Shown: piece after piece, positions 50,805-63,396 of the stretch | How positions within the stretch are numbered: position 1 is the first letter of the stretch | Layout of the letters: each line of letters begins with the position of its first letter | Source: Azolla caroliniana | Lineage: Eukaryota > Plantae > Polypodiophyta | Direction: 5' to 3' | NCBI GenBank assembly: GCA_043228905.1 | Contig: JBHGNT010000004.1 | Coordinates: 20,894,001 to 20,958,000, forward strand | Length of the DNA: 64,000 bases | Translations under genes and position numbers: made by a program | The notes under the pieces: generated by a model | Told to the model about the DNA's origin: nothing | What the model saw: only the letters and a program-made list of their open reading frames with translations | The model's database searches: none

Positions 50805-51200
50805 CAGAGGAGGTGGAGGTGGAGGTGGAGATGGAGATGGAGATGGAAATGGATGGATCAGAGAAGGAGGTAATGGAAATTTGCTGATGGAGATGGAGAC
50901 GGATGAATCAGAGGAGGAGGTAATGGAAATTTGATGATGGAGATGGAGATAGAGATGGATGAATCAGAGGAGGAGGTAATGGAAATTTGATGATGGAGAT
51001 GGAGATAGAGATGGATGAATCAGAGGAGGAGGTAATGGAAATTTGATGATGGAAATGGAGATGGAGATAGAGATGGATGAATCAGAGAAGGAGGTAATGG
51101 AAATTTGATGATGGAGATGGAGATGGAGATAGAGATAGAGATGGATGAATCAGAGAAGGAGATAATGGATATATGAAGATGGAGATGGAGATGGAGATGG
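50805..51200. repeat. Compound minisatellite directly downstream of the patellin stop: (GGAGAT)n + GGATGAATCAGAGRAGGAGGTAATGGAAATTTGATGAT, about 6 units
   Basis: Direct inspection. Confidence 0.9.
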
Positions 51201-51218
51201 GGAAAGCAACTCTATCTA

Positions 51219-53481
51219 CTAGTTGGAGGCAGTAGTAGATTTGGTGCGGTAGACCACTGTCTTCTTCTTCTTGGACAGGGAGTTGTCAATGGTGATGACT
51301 AGCTTGCCGGGCTCGGATGCCTTGTAGCTGTTGCGGATCGGCTCCACCTGCGCAGCAGCTGCGATCTTCTTCGGCTTCCTCACGATCACTGTATATGTCT
51401 CCGGCACGAATTCCTCTCCGTATACCACATCCCATCCCACCACGCTCACGTCCCACAGCAGCTGTACTCCCTGCAATTCAATCAATCACAGGAAAACCCT
51501 AATTCTTAAAGCTTTTCATTTCATTGAAGATGATCTGGTCTTGCCACCCCCCTCAGATTCCTTAACCCTAAACCCTAATGCCCTCCCCAGCTTCCTTAAC
51601 CCTAAACCCTAATGCCCTACCTCTTTCACGGGGAACTCTAGCTCCCGCTTCTCCCCCGCCTTCACTGTCACTTCGCTCACTGGCGCCTCCACCCCTTGGA
51701 ATTCTGTGTCATCCGATCGGTATAGACCTCCATAGCGTGCCGGCACATGCTCAGGGGCTATGAACCTGATGAAACAGACAGTGTGCCCAAAAGCAAAAAA
51801 AAAGCATCAGTAATCCAATTTTCTCTGATGGTGATGATGGGGGGGAAGGGGAGAGGGTCTGAGAAAGACTGTGCGGCATGGCATGATTCCCACAGAGAAG
51901 AGAGGAAGGCCACGGAAAAGCTTACTTGAAGAGAGTTTCGGTGCTCTTGCCTGGCCCTGCCCACACGACCTTGTCATGGAAGGAGCGGTAGACGGCTGGG
52001 ACGTACCACCAGGGAATATTGAGAATGATCTGGCGAATTTATATATATATATTTTTTGCAGAACAGATCAGTGGAAGGAAACAGATCAGTGGAAGGAAAC
52101 AGATCAATGGAAGGAAACAGATCAGTGGAAGGAAACAAATCAATGGAAGGAAACAGATCAGAGGAAGGGAACAGATCAGAGGAAGAAACAGATCAATGGA
52201 AGGAAACAGATTAGGTTGTAAGGGAACCGAAAAAAAAAAAACAGAAAGATTAGGGTTTAGGGTTTGTACCTGCTTGGCGGCGAGCTCAGGGTAGTTGTCA
52301 TGGAGGAGGGAGAGGAATTTCTTGATGGCTTGGATACTGACCTTGCGGAAGCCAGGGGAGTTCTGCAGGTCGATGACCTGCACAATGGAATTGATGCCGC
52401 CTGCAGAGAAGTCGAGGGAGGCGATGCTCTTCTCCATGAGCTGCACGCGCCATCGCAGGAACCTGGAGAGCTTGGCCTTGTCATCGCTCAGCTCCTTGCT
52501 CTGGAAGGGATTGAGATTGTAGCAGACAGGATGGCCTTGTCGATCGATTCCCTGCTCATAAGCTAGGGTTTCGAATCCTTCCTCTGCGAGCTCCTCCGCC
52601 ACGATCTCGTCCGCCTTGAACTCCTGCCGCCATCGTATGGTGCTCTTCAGCATGGCCAGCGCCTCCTCCACCTTGAAGTTCCGAGCCCGCAGGAATTTGA
52701 GCAGCGCCATGTCTGTCTTCTCCTCCTCCTGCTCGTGCACAGGGATCCCGCCCCACAGGTAGAATTTCGTCTGCTGCTGGATCGGTGCCAGATCTGTAGG
52801 CTCCGCAGCTATGGCGGCAGAAGCTTCCGCCCCCGCCCCCGCCGAGCTCTGATCATCTCGCACCGCCAGATCCGCTTCTCTTTCCTTCTCCTTCACTTCT
52901 TCTTCTTCAGCAGCAGCAGCAGATTTCTCGGCCACAGATTCCACTGCCTCTGCCTCTGCCTCTGCCTCTGCCTCTGCAGTGACGGCCTTCTCCTCTTCTT
53001 GATTAGCAGAAACTGCAGACTGCGCAGATGATCCCTTCTCCTTCTCCTTCTCCTTCTGCTTCTTCTCCTTCCTCAAGATCGTCTTGTTCTTGATCGCCTC
53101 CTCCACCTTCAGCCGGAACGCCTCCAGCGCCTTCCGCTCCGCCTCCGACAGCTCTGACACCACGTAGCTCTCCTCTTTGAACGATGGCGTCTCCAATGGC
53201 GTCACTGTCGCATTCGTGATCTGCGACTCCTCCTGTCCTTCAACGCCATTGCTACTCCCTTCAAATAATTCAGACGCCGCCAAGCTCTGCAATTCCTTCT
53301 TCTCCTCCTCCTCCTCCTCCGCCGCCGCCGCCGCCGCCGCCTGATCTTGGCCGCCATCGCTGCTCTCCACCGCCGTAACACTGTGGTCTGCTACATCCTG
53401 CGTCGCAGCTTTCTCCTCCACCCCTTCCACGGCGGCGGCTATGGCGTCTCCTTTCTCCTGCTCCGTGGGAGCCCCCGTCAT
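51219..53481 (-). CDS. PATL: Patellin (acidic N-terminus, Sec14/CRAL-TRIO, GOLD); exons 53481-52270, 52029-51926, 51765-51621, 51470-51219 (570 aa)
   Basis: SFKEES...L...E.KAL, LLKFLRARNFKV, GHPVCYN, FLRWR, DNYPE, NIPWWY, YGGL, and GOLD motifs WDVSVVGWDV.YG.EFVP and EPGKLVITIDN..SKKK. Confidence 0.93.
52061..52211. repeat. 18-bp minisatellite (GGAAGGAAACAGATCART), about 8 copies, in patellin intron 1
   Basis: Direct inspection; it yields the spurious LPLICF and TDQWKE ORF repeats. Confidence 0.9.
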
Positions 53482-53574
53482 ATCGATGAATGCTTTGAGC
53501 TTCGGCGTCTTGTCCAACTGTGGAAGACCGACCAAGAATATATGTGCACACACACACACACACACAGAGACACA

Positions 53575-53826
53575 CAGAGATACAGATTAGGTCAATTCGG
53601 TAGGGCTATGGCAGAATTAACCCTACAAAAAACTTAACAGAAACAGACAGAGATACAGATTAGGTCAATTCGGAAGGGCTATGGCAGAATTAACCCTACA
53701 AAAAAACTTAGCAGAAACAGACAGAGAGAAAGATTAGGTCAATTCGGAAGGGCTATGGCAGAATTAACCCTACAAAAAAACTTATCAGAAACAGACACAG
53801 ACAGACAGATACAGATTAGGTCAATT
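53575..53826. repeat. ~75-bp tandem repeat (3 copies plus a partial) upstream of the patellin ATG
   Basis: agattaggtcaattcgg.agggctatggcagaattaaccctacaaaaaactta.cagaaacagaca occurs three times. Confidence 0.9.
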
Positions 53827-54621
53827 TCATGGAGATATGGTGCAGATGAATGGATTTAGACGAATGAATGGTGCACAAGAGGCGCGGAGTCTTTTTAGGG
53901 CAAGCAAGCAGGCCTAGTTTCTGGGTGAAAGATCAAGGAGAAGATTTACTGAGCTCTCTATCTCTCTCTCTCTCTCTCTCTTTCTGCTGTTTTCACTGCA
54001 GAATTTCTTTTTTCTAATTAGCTATTCATGTAAGGCCCATGGTAGTTAGCAAGTCGTCTCGCTGGAAAGTGCTTTTAATTCGTCAGGCCAGCGCGATCTG
54101 TACTCTCTCTCTCTCTCTCCTCTCTGCAGTCTTTCTTTCTTGAGTTAGGTAAAGGAAATCGTTTTCTCCTTCCAGCAAATATTATGCAGACGGAAAGAAA
54201 CCCTATTAATTTTACATACTAACAACTCATGAATTAACTCCTCCTCTCTCAAATTTCTTCCTTTTACTTGCCTGCAGCAGCAAACAAACCCTAATACAGG
54301 CACACACAGACACACAGACAGAGACAGAGAAAGAGAAAGAGACAGAGACAGAGTTTCAAGTGGCTGCTGCTATAAAAAAAAGAAGCACAGGTTTTAAACT
54401 CCCAAGTAACAAAAAAGAAGAAGATGCAGGATTAGAACAAGAAGGAGACGCACAGTTAACGATGATGCAGGAGAGGAATACATGATGATTGATTCTAGGA
54501 GGCGCTTGAATCGAGAGAGAGCCTGTGCTAATTATGATTAATTCGTACAGGAGATTGCTGCCTGCTGGAAAAGAAGAATGGAATGAGCAGCAGGCAGGGG
54601 AGGCGGGCACAGATCACAACA

Positions 54622-54840
54622 GCTTAAGCTGCTGTGCTACGCAAAAATCAGCGATTTTTGAAGCAGATGAGATGAAGATGAAGATGAATTAAGCTGCTGT
54701 GCTACCCAAAAATCACCGATTTTGAACCAGATGAGAAGCAGATGGAGATGGAGATGGAGATGAATTAAGCTAATTTGCTACTCAGAAATCAGCGATTTTG
54801 AAGCAGATGAGAAGAAGATGGAGATGGAGATGGAGATTGA
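54622..54840. repeat. ~65-76-bp tandem repeat, 3 copies
   Basis: ttaagct....gctac.ca.aaatca.cgatttt.gaa.cagatgaga + (GRAGAT)n. Confidence 0.8.
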
Positions 54841-55316
54841 GGTGAGGATGAACATGAGGGTGGAATTAAAAACTGTGCGGAATGGAATTATGACACAGAG
54901 AGAGAGAGAGAGAGAGGGAAAGGGATGGAGAAGGAGAAGGAGAAGGAGCATTAACAGCAGCGCGTAACGAATTAAGTAAGTGATAAACCTGAAACTCTGT
55001 TTTAAAACGAACTTTGCAACAAAACCCTAAAAACGGAAAGAAGCTCAAATGGATGGATGGGCCGCTAAAGATAGGCAACGAACGCACTTCACTTCCCCCT
55101 TCGTATTGGGGACTCTATGATTGAATGATTGAATGATTGAATGATTGATTGATATAGAAGGATTTAGGGGTTTCAGCCTGAAATAGTATAGTGTGTGTTT
55201 TTGTCTGACAAAGAAGGAAGGCAGTTCGTTCTTGGAGTTTGTTACGTTTTATGGAAAGCTTGCTTAATTTGAGAGGAGGATTCATTCATTAACTGCAAAT
55301 TGTCGACAGAATTAGC

Positions 55317-55354
<38 letters not shown>

Positions 55355-55781
55355 CTATCTATGTCTGTGTAATTACAGGACGAAATTTAGGTTTAGGGTT
55401 TTAGGGAGCCATGAATTTACCTGAGAAAGTAAGAGATGAGAGGCTGGATTGAGGTTGCAGGAATGGGTTGGGATGGAGAAAGAAAGGGATTCAGATCAGA
55501 TAGAGAGATCTGAGGTGAGAGTGAGAGAGAGAGAGAGAGTCTCTGAGTGTAGATGAATGAATGCAAAAAACGAAAGGCTGGTGTTGAAAGCCTTTTTATT
55601 AAAAAGAGAGAGAGAGAGAGAGAAGAAAAACAGTGGAAGATAGAGAGAGAGAGAGAGAGACAGTAGAGAAAGAAAGAGGAAGAGAGAGATAGAGACGAAG
55701 ACAGAAGAAAAACAGGGGAAGAGAGAGAGAGACAGACAGAGAAAAGAAAAAACAGGGGAGAAGAAGAGAGAGAAAGAATTA

Positions 55782-56870
55782 GACATTCGGTTAAGTGCGT
55801 GCCCACTTAAGTGTACCATTCCATTTCTATTAAGTGCGCTTTTTTTTGATAGAGGTCAAAATCTAGATAAAAAATATTACATTGTTTCATGATCAAACTA
55901 CATTAAATCAAATTGAAACTATCGCGTCCCTTCAAGGATTTCTATATAATCATCTCATTTGTAAAATTTTGTTATCATCTCATTCGTAAAATTTTATAAC
56001 TAATGGAAGGAGTTTTTTTCTTTGAAAATAAAAATAAAACTAAAAAAACAAATTGAAACTATCTTCCAAACATTCGAAAACAACAAAAGGAGTTTCTGTG
56101 TGTATCTCTATGTCTATATATCTATGTGTGTGTCATGTGTTCTACGTGTGTGTGTGTGTGTATGTGTTTATGATTACGAGTCTTTGATTTTGATTCTTGA
56201 TTAAAAAACATAAGCAAAGAAGGGCAAACAATTCTTGATGATTGTGAATAGTCAAGTTTTTTGCAACGATCGGCCATGAACGCGAGCTCTCCTTCTCCAT
56301 TTGCAACAAAACTTCCGTCTATTGTCCTCTTTCTGTGTGTGCATGTGCCACGTGCATGCATGCTCTTTTCCTGCATGAAGAAAGCCTCTCTCCCTCCCTC
56401 CCTCTCTCGTTTTGTGCATCTTGTTTATTCTCAAAGATGATAGAAGTTGCAGCCTATGATTTGTCCATTGCTCCCCCACTCTCTTTTCCTGTCTCCTCCA
56501 TTTGCACTTCGATTCCTCAAACTTGCTGCCACTAGGGAGAAAACGCAAGAAAAAAACTCATCACATCCAAGGAAGTTCATTAGTTTTGTTGCATAATGGA
56601 TGTATTCCTCACATGTAGCAAAAAGCCGAAAACTAAAGGTAATTTAGAATCGAGAAAGAAACTAAAGAGTATGTATGTTGAAACCAGAAACGTTTTAGGT
56701 CAATTATATCACGTAAATTGATCACTTTTCTTATCAAGAATTGTATGATTAGAGAGAAAGAAAATAATTCAGAAAACCCTAAAAATTTCCAAAAACCCCT
56801 AAAATGTTTTAGAAAACTCCTAAGTGCGCATTTCTTCCTTGTGTTCAAAGTGCGCACTTAACTGAATGTC
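55782..56870. mobile_element. Non-autonomous TIR DNA transposon (~1.09 kb) flanked by TA
   Basis: TIR GACATTCGGTTAAGTGCG / CGCACTTAACTGAATGTC (17/18), TA on both sides, and subterminal TAAGTGCGC repeats. Confidence 0.75.
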
Positions 56871-56973
56871 TATTGTATTAACGTCTTCTAAGACCAACAT
56901 TGGCCCATGAGACAATTGGTTTACAACAAAAAACAGGGCATTTTACCCATTCATCGAAAGTAAAAACAGGGCA

Positions 56974-57005
<32 letters not shown>

Positions 57006-57061
57006 AGTGTGTAAAGTTTAGTTGTTGCAAAGGTTAGAGAAATTAGCTATAGCCCAAAGTG

Positions 57062-57107
<46 letters not shown>

Positions 57108-57732
57108 AATGTATCTATGTATATATACATTATGTATAATGAAATCCATCTTGAGAATGAAATCCCCCCCCCAAAACATGTACATGCATTCTTCTTATCT
57201 TCACTCTTTTCTAATGTTCATTGGGGTCTATCGGTTGGTCAGTGTCACTCTCGTCCGTATATATATATATTTAGTGTGTGTGTCTATGTAGGACATTGTC
57301 CGTTAAAACCTACTTAAATTACTCACTCGCGTAAAAAGAAAGAAAAACAAACTAGAAAAGAATGATAACAACCTCCTCCTCCTACTCCTCCATGCCAGCT
57401 CGATCTTTCACTAACCACCCACGATATTGCGCATGTATGTATAACAAGAGCTCATGCGCCAACCAGACTCCCCCTCCTCGGCCCCCACCCCCTCTCTTGC
57501 TGGGTTTCCCCTTTGCCCTGCTGTTCCAAGTCCTTTTCATGTCGAGCTAAGGTAGGATCCTTCGGCCCGACACGCTAGCTAAGGAAATTCGAAGACACCG
57601 AGGCCTAGCTTTTGTGTTGAATAATGTGCAATACCTTCTTCTTTTTTAGACTACCCAGAACCTCTCATCCCCCAAACTTCGATGGGAAAATAATTCAAAG
57701 TGCCACCTTTAAGATATGCCTAGTTGTAAACA

Positions 57733-57776
<44 letters not shown>

Positions 57777-59052
57777 TTCCTTTGCAAACATTCCACATTG
57801 AATCTCCCTAAACTTTATGTTCTCATAAGTTTCAAGTTGTTTTTCCTATGCAGAATCACGCCCCATTTTACGGTTTGTGAGGTGAAAAACATGTGACTTA
57901 CTATAAGCACAAGACAATGGGATTTAGTATGTGCAAATACAAGGGATTTTCCCCTTGCAAAGCATTTTGACAAGAGACGAAAATGACATGTAAAAGATCG
58001 AGCAATAGATTGCATCTTATGATTGTTTTCTCGTATTTGAGAACAACAAACCAAAATAGAGATAACCAAACATAAGGCACTACACAATCTAGATATCCAA
58101 AAACTTAAGATCTTGAACTCAAACAAATTGAAACTTCTGACTTTGAAAAATCTCCATCATGTGCCACTCCAAGATGGAAAGACCATTGAAGGGTGGAGAT
58201 AAGTATGGATATTCAAATAATATATGTATGTAAAAAGATGATATGGTCCTTAAATGAGTGATTGTGTAGCCCTCTCTTTAGCTTCAAACAACTTTACTCT
58301 TTTCTATATCACTTTATCTTGAAGAACTGCCTCAAATAAGAAATCATGAGATTTTTATTATTTTGTGTGTATATAAATACAATTGACCATGTCCCCCCCA
58401 TCCCCAATCTCCTCCACATTTAGCTTGATATTTTCTATTGGATAATTGAGTCACCCCAACCATGCTTTTTGAGGAATTGGATGTGAATCAACATGCATAG
58501 CTATTGAGCCACTTATCAAGTTTCATAAAATCCTCGGCTCGTTACTTCATATCAATGCTTTCCTCTAGAAATTTGTGGACTTTCTACACATCAATAACGA
58601 AATTATCACAAAATGCATTTTTGAGACCCTTAACAAATCTTCCATGAACATCCCAGTCATAAAGAAGTTTTTAGCATTGCATTGCATTGTTCCAAACATA
58701 TTAACTAGAAGGCCATCAACAATTTTGAAAGCTTCAATTTCAACTCCCTAAAACCTAGGCAATACTCTTTCCCCCTCCTATTCTAATCAAGCTCTCTTTA
58801 TAAAAGGTCTACAAATATTATGATAGTTCTTCTCGATCCTTTTTATAGTATTCTCTCTCATTGTTTGATTTCTAAATGTTAAGATATTTGCAAGCGAAAA
58901 GTGAATACAACGCATGCTTATATGTCGACCATCCGACCCAACATATTTTTCTCTTAGAAGATATTATCACCACGAGGACATCTCCCTTCTCTTACTCATA
59001 AGGTTATATAATATAACCTTGCTTTCCATCTCTCCTCCTATTGTTGATGTTC

Positions 59053-59872
59053 TGTTACCCAGTGGGACAAGTGTGAAACGTATCAAAAGGAACCGAGCAC
59101 TAACATGCGAATAAGGGACCGAGCACTAATCGGTACTTGTATTTGTACCTGTTTGCTACATTCAATCGAATATACATATATGCTTTGTGGGTACTCCGTG
59201 TCTGTCTCATCTCTATACACATATATCTATATAACGTTCGGTCTGTGTAAGGTCATAAATATGGATCAGTTGTAGCCGATTCTACAGTGTAGCAATCCTA
59301 TTCCTTGTAACAATCCGATTACCGTTTCGGTAGTACGCCGTGACCCCAAGTCTCCTTTGCACCACAATACCTTGACCCAATTACTCAAGAGGGGTAACCG
59401 AAGGTGTTCTCCAAGATGGAGCAACATGTTCTAACCCCCGCTTTCTATCCTCCGATTGTTCCTCATAAGGAATAGTAGTACACCTACCTGTATTCCTTCT
59501 CACTCATCATTATATACTGTTGAGATATCAAGCTTAACTAAGTTTAGCCATTTAGTTAATCACGTAACTTAGTAATTACCTAGATAGAATCTAGTTAGTG
59601 TGTTGACCTTAATGCCTTAAATAAGACCTTGTACTTAAGTGGGATACATTCTAGATCCTCCACTCCCAAGTATATTTAATATAAGACTTACACCTTTGTA
59701 CCTATATTCTCCTTACACATGTGCACCCTTGCACACGAGGTCTATATATATGTACCTCATTGTTAAGATAGAGAAAGGTCTTTAGCTACACTCTCATTAA
59801 TCATCGACGTGATTTAACAACTCAAATAATTAGATACTAATTAACCCTTAGTTAATTATCAAATTATTTACA
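59053..59872 (+). mobile_element. Solo LTR (820 bp)
   Basis: TGT...ACA termini, near-perfect 5-bp TSD TGTTC/TGTAC, and TATA-like tctatatatat at ~59741. Confidence 0.7.
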
Positions 59873-62099
59873 TGTACTTGCAACCATTACCACTTCACAT
59901 TGATTATAATCACAATTGCCAACTTTGTCAACAATCAAAATATTGATTGAATTAGCCGTTTTCATTTATTAAGGAGTTGAGTAAGAAGAAAAATGTTGCC
60001 TTTAATTCAAAAAACTATATTTTATTTAGCTATCTACTTCATTGACTTTTAAAACAATGATTCATTCCAATGTTGAATATCATAGGATGTAGTTATGCAT
60101 TTTTCATATTTTGATTGTTTTGCTATCTAATCCAAAAGGTAGGAGTTGTAAGGTTCTATTTGATATGGAAATGCTTTGGATTTAGTCCGATTTTTTGGCT
60201 CCGCTATGGAAAAAGCATTAGTCTCAAATTTGAAGAATCCATTCACGTAATTTAAGTAAGGTGTTTTTTATTTCCAAATCTTTGACTTTTAAATCACAAC
60301 TCGTTATTGAATCTATCAAAGATGATTACCCGCCATAATTGATCTTCAATAAATATCACAAAAAACATGATGTAAATGCTTAGACTAGTTTTGTGGAGTT
60401 TTTTTTGAGAGGAATGAGAACCATAAAACGGCATGTGGATGGGTACATCCAATCATTCACCATTGGAAGTGCATATCTTGCAAAACGTTGTACTTCGAAT
60501 AGTAAAATTGCACAATAGTTCATTATTGTGGGGAGCAATGTGAGAAGGTGCTTGATCAAATTAGTCTTCATCATGTTTACGTAAGGAATCTTCGAAGCCA
60601 TGTAGAAGACAAATAATTTTGTCTCCCAAGTGTCTCTAAAAAAGTTATTTTCAAATTTGAATAATTTGTCCAACGTCCATTTTGGCATTCATATATAGTT
60701 ACATGTGGGTGTGTATCGTTGTATGTGTCCCACACACTCAAGGCATGCCAATAAAAAGAAAAGGAAAGCACAAAGTAGAATCCGAAGGAAACGGGAAAGT
60801 GCCACTTGAAAATCATAAAATTTGTGTGCCAACCAATTCGCTCTTAGCAAATTTTCCTTTGTAGCCTTTGGACGTACCTTTAGAAAGGAGCATGTTTAAG
60901 GGATATCCAAGTGTTGCTCATCCAAATGTGTAAGCAGAAGGAAGTACATATACTATGGGTTTCACGGTGAAAAAAAACATTGTATATTAGATTAAGTACT
61001 TTAGGACCCTTCATTAAAAAATTGTAGTTTTGGAAAGGCAAAACAAATTAGTTAGTCAAATGACACATCTATGTTATTTGAACTTTATTACATTAGCATT
61101 AATCGCAATGTAAATATACCATTAAGTAAAAAATTTGAAGTAATAACAACTAAAAGTCCAAGGCCTTGCTTGTGCCCACCTTTTGTTCCATGATGAAATT
61201 GAACATTTTCTTTAGGCAATAATAAGGAAAAATAAGTAAATAATCATTCGGTCCAGGCCTTACATTTCACAATTGAATGAAGGATTCTCATATTTTGAAA
61301 GAATGGAAAAACCAAATACCTGGTTAACTACAGGCTTTTCCGTTAGTTCGAAATAATAAAATAAATAAAGAAACACCCTAACTCTAGGACTCGCATCGGG
61401 TGCCCAAACATGAGGGGTTTGCTTTTCCTATTTCCACAGTACATAAACAAATATAAAGAAACAAACAATAATCTTGAGTCCAAGCTTTGTGTACTGGCCC
61501 CCACAAGCAAGGGGCTTGTTTTTCCAAATAATTACGACGAAGTAAAAGAGTGCAAGCGTTGCGACTTGTGTTTTTGTTGAAGTTTTTAAAAAGAGAAAGG
61601 GAACACATTATCCAATCCTTATGTGTTGCAAACCGTATGCGAGTTCTTTTCTTGAAAAATGAGAATAACATGAGACCATATTTTCTTTTCTTAAACCCAA
61701 TTCATGAAATAATATAAATATGGGCTTGACACATCTTATAGTTTACCATCTACCTAACACCTTCTTTTGTTATTTTTCATTCTCACAATAATTGGAAAGG
61801 AAATCTTAATATAAGAGCTCCCCAACCGTTATGAACATAAGTGTTCACTATTTTTCATTCTCTCTTGACAATTGCTTGATTTTGTCCAAGGTTTTCCTTC
61901 AATATAAAATAAAACATGGCAAATGTGTATTTTTATACTTTGTACTATGAAATGATCAAGGTATATGGTAGAAATGAAAATGTGACGTAATGTTTTTTGT
62001 GTCAATTGGGTCTCTAGGCCAAGTGCTACAAAAAGAAACTTTTTGGTAATGGTCCTCTTAAAAACTATAAAAGGGAGAGGAGAGATTATTGATAGGGGG

Positions 62100-63396
62100 T
62101 CGACTTTTGTATGAAGGCAGAAGTCGTGTTGTTAATTGGTCTTTCCTCTCAGGTGTGATGTATAATATGGGTTTGGTCCTCGTATGTGTCAACTTATCTT
62201 TTTGCTAGGGCAAAATGCAACCTCCCGTGTGATGCTTAATGGTGGAGTCACTCTCAAAGTGTTTCTTACTAGATCCGTGTGGTAAGGATGCCCACTAAGC
62301 CCATTGTTATTTGCTATTGTTACACATCCTTTGATAATGTTGTCAAATCTTGCGGCCAATGGTGATATTGTGGGTTTGCATCTTCCTTCTGGTCGACAAT
62401 TGGTGGCACAAGCATTGACAGATGATTCTTTTATGTTTTTACAAGCGTCAAAAGAAAAATCTTAAAAGGAGTATGCAAGTTTGGGATCAATTTGCTTTGG
62501 CTTTAGGGTTGTATATAAATTGGAGGAAGTCTCACCTTATTTCTTGTACGGAGAGTGATTTGGAATGTTTGGGATGGCGAGGGTCACTGATTACATGAGG
62601 TTCAATTTATCAACATTTGGGTTATCCATTGGGCATTGATGTTACAAATGTTCAATTGATTGATTGGATTGGTAGTAAATTGAGGGATAAATTTATGTAT
62701 TGGAAGTCTCAATTATGGCCCTTTCATGTACGAATCAAAGTGGTGTAATGTATCTTGATACCCATGTTATTATATTTTTTACCTTTACTTCCTTGGACTA
62801 AGAAGGCATTACAAAGCATGCTACAACCTATTCGTTCATGTTGTGGCGGAAGGGAGAAATGATGGGAGTTACATGGATTTCATGGGACCATTTGGCTACT
62901 CCTAAAAGGTTAGGTGGTGCAACAATATTGGATTTGGAAAGGCATTTGATGGCTCGTAGATTTGCATTATTACCAGATATATGTCAACAAGATCAACCAT
63001 TGATATCTATCATGCAATATTTTATTGAGCATGAAGGATTGGTGCATGGGAAAACAAAGATTCAAGTATCATGGTGGTTATTACTGAATGGAAGTATTCC
63101 TCTAAAGATTCAACATTATGTATGTGGACAACATTTGGTAAGATCATGGCAAGATGCATTATCTCTTTTTGAATGGGGACCATCAAGTGATCGAGAATAT
63201 TGTAATTCATTACAAAATGAATTGTTTGTTTCTTCTCAAGTGTTGTTTTGGCATGGGAAAGAGAAGTTGAGATCTCAATTCAATCGTTTATTTCGATTGG
63301 GGACTGTACATTTGGAAGATGTGGTTGATAATGAATGTCAAAGGTTGTCGGATTTTGAAGATGCCAAGAGATGGTTATGTATTTCCCCCAAAAAAC
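62100..63396 (+). mobile_element. Decayed L1-type LINE reverse-transcriptase region
   Basis: GCPLSPLLFAI, LTDDS (FADD equivalent), IN..KS, HLGYPLG, and ISWDHLATPKRLGGA. Confidence 0.75.

Noticed and set aside
52061-52211. Regular repeat array resembling a CRISPR or a repeat protein (LPLICF / TDQWKE ORFs)
   Set aside because: The 18-bp units are contiguous with no unique spacers, lie inside a GT-AG intron of a eukaryotic gene, and have no cas genes nearby.
53575-53826. 75-bp repeats as a possible CRISPR-like array
   Set aside because: Whole units are repeated and only the microsatellite linker varies; this is an ordinary minisatellite.
61380-61570. Possible Helitron terminus (CTAG near GC-rich sequence)
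   Set aside because: No convincing subterminal hairpin or A/T insertion context, and no matching 5' TC end identified.
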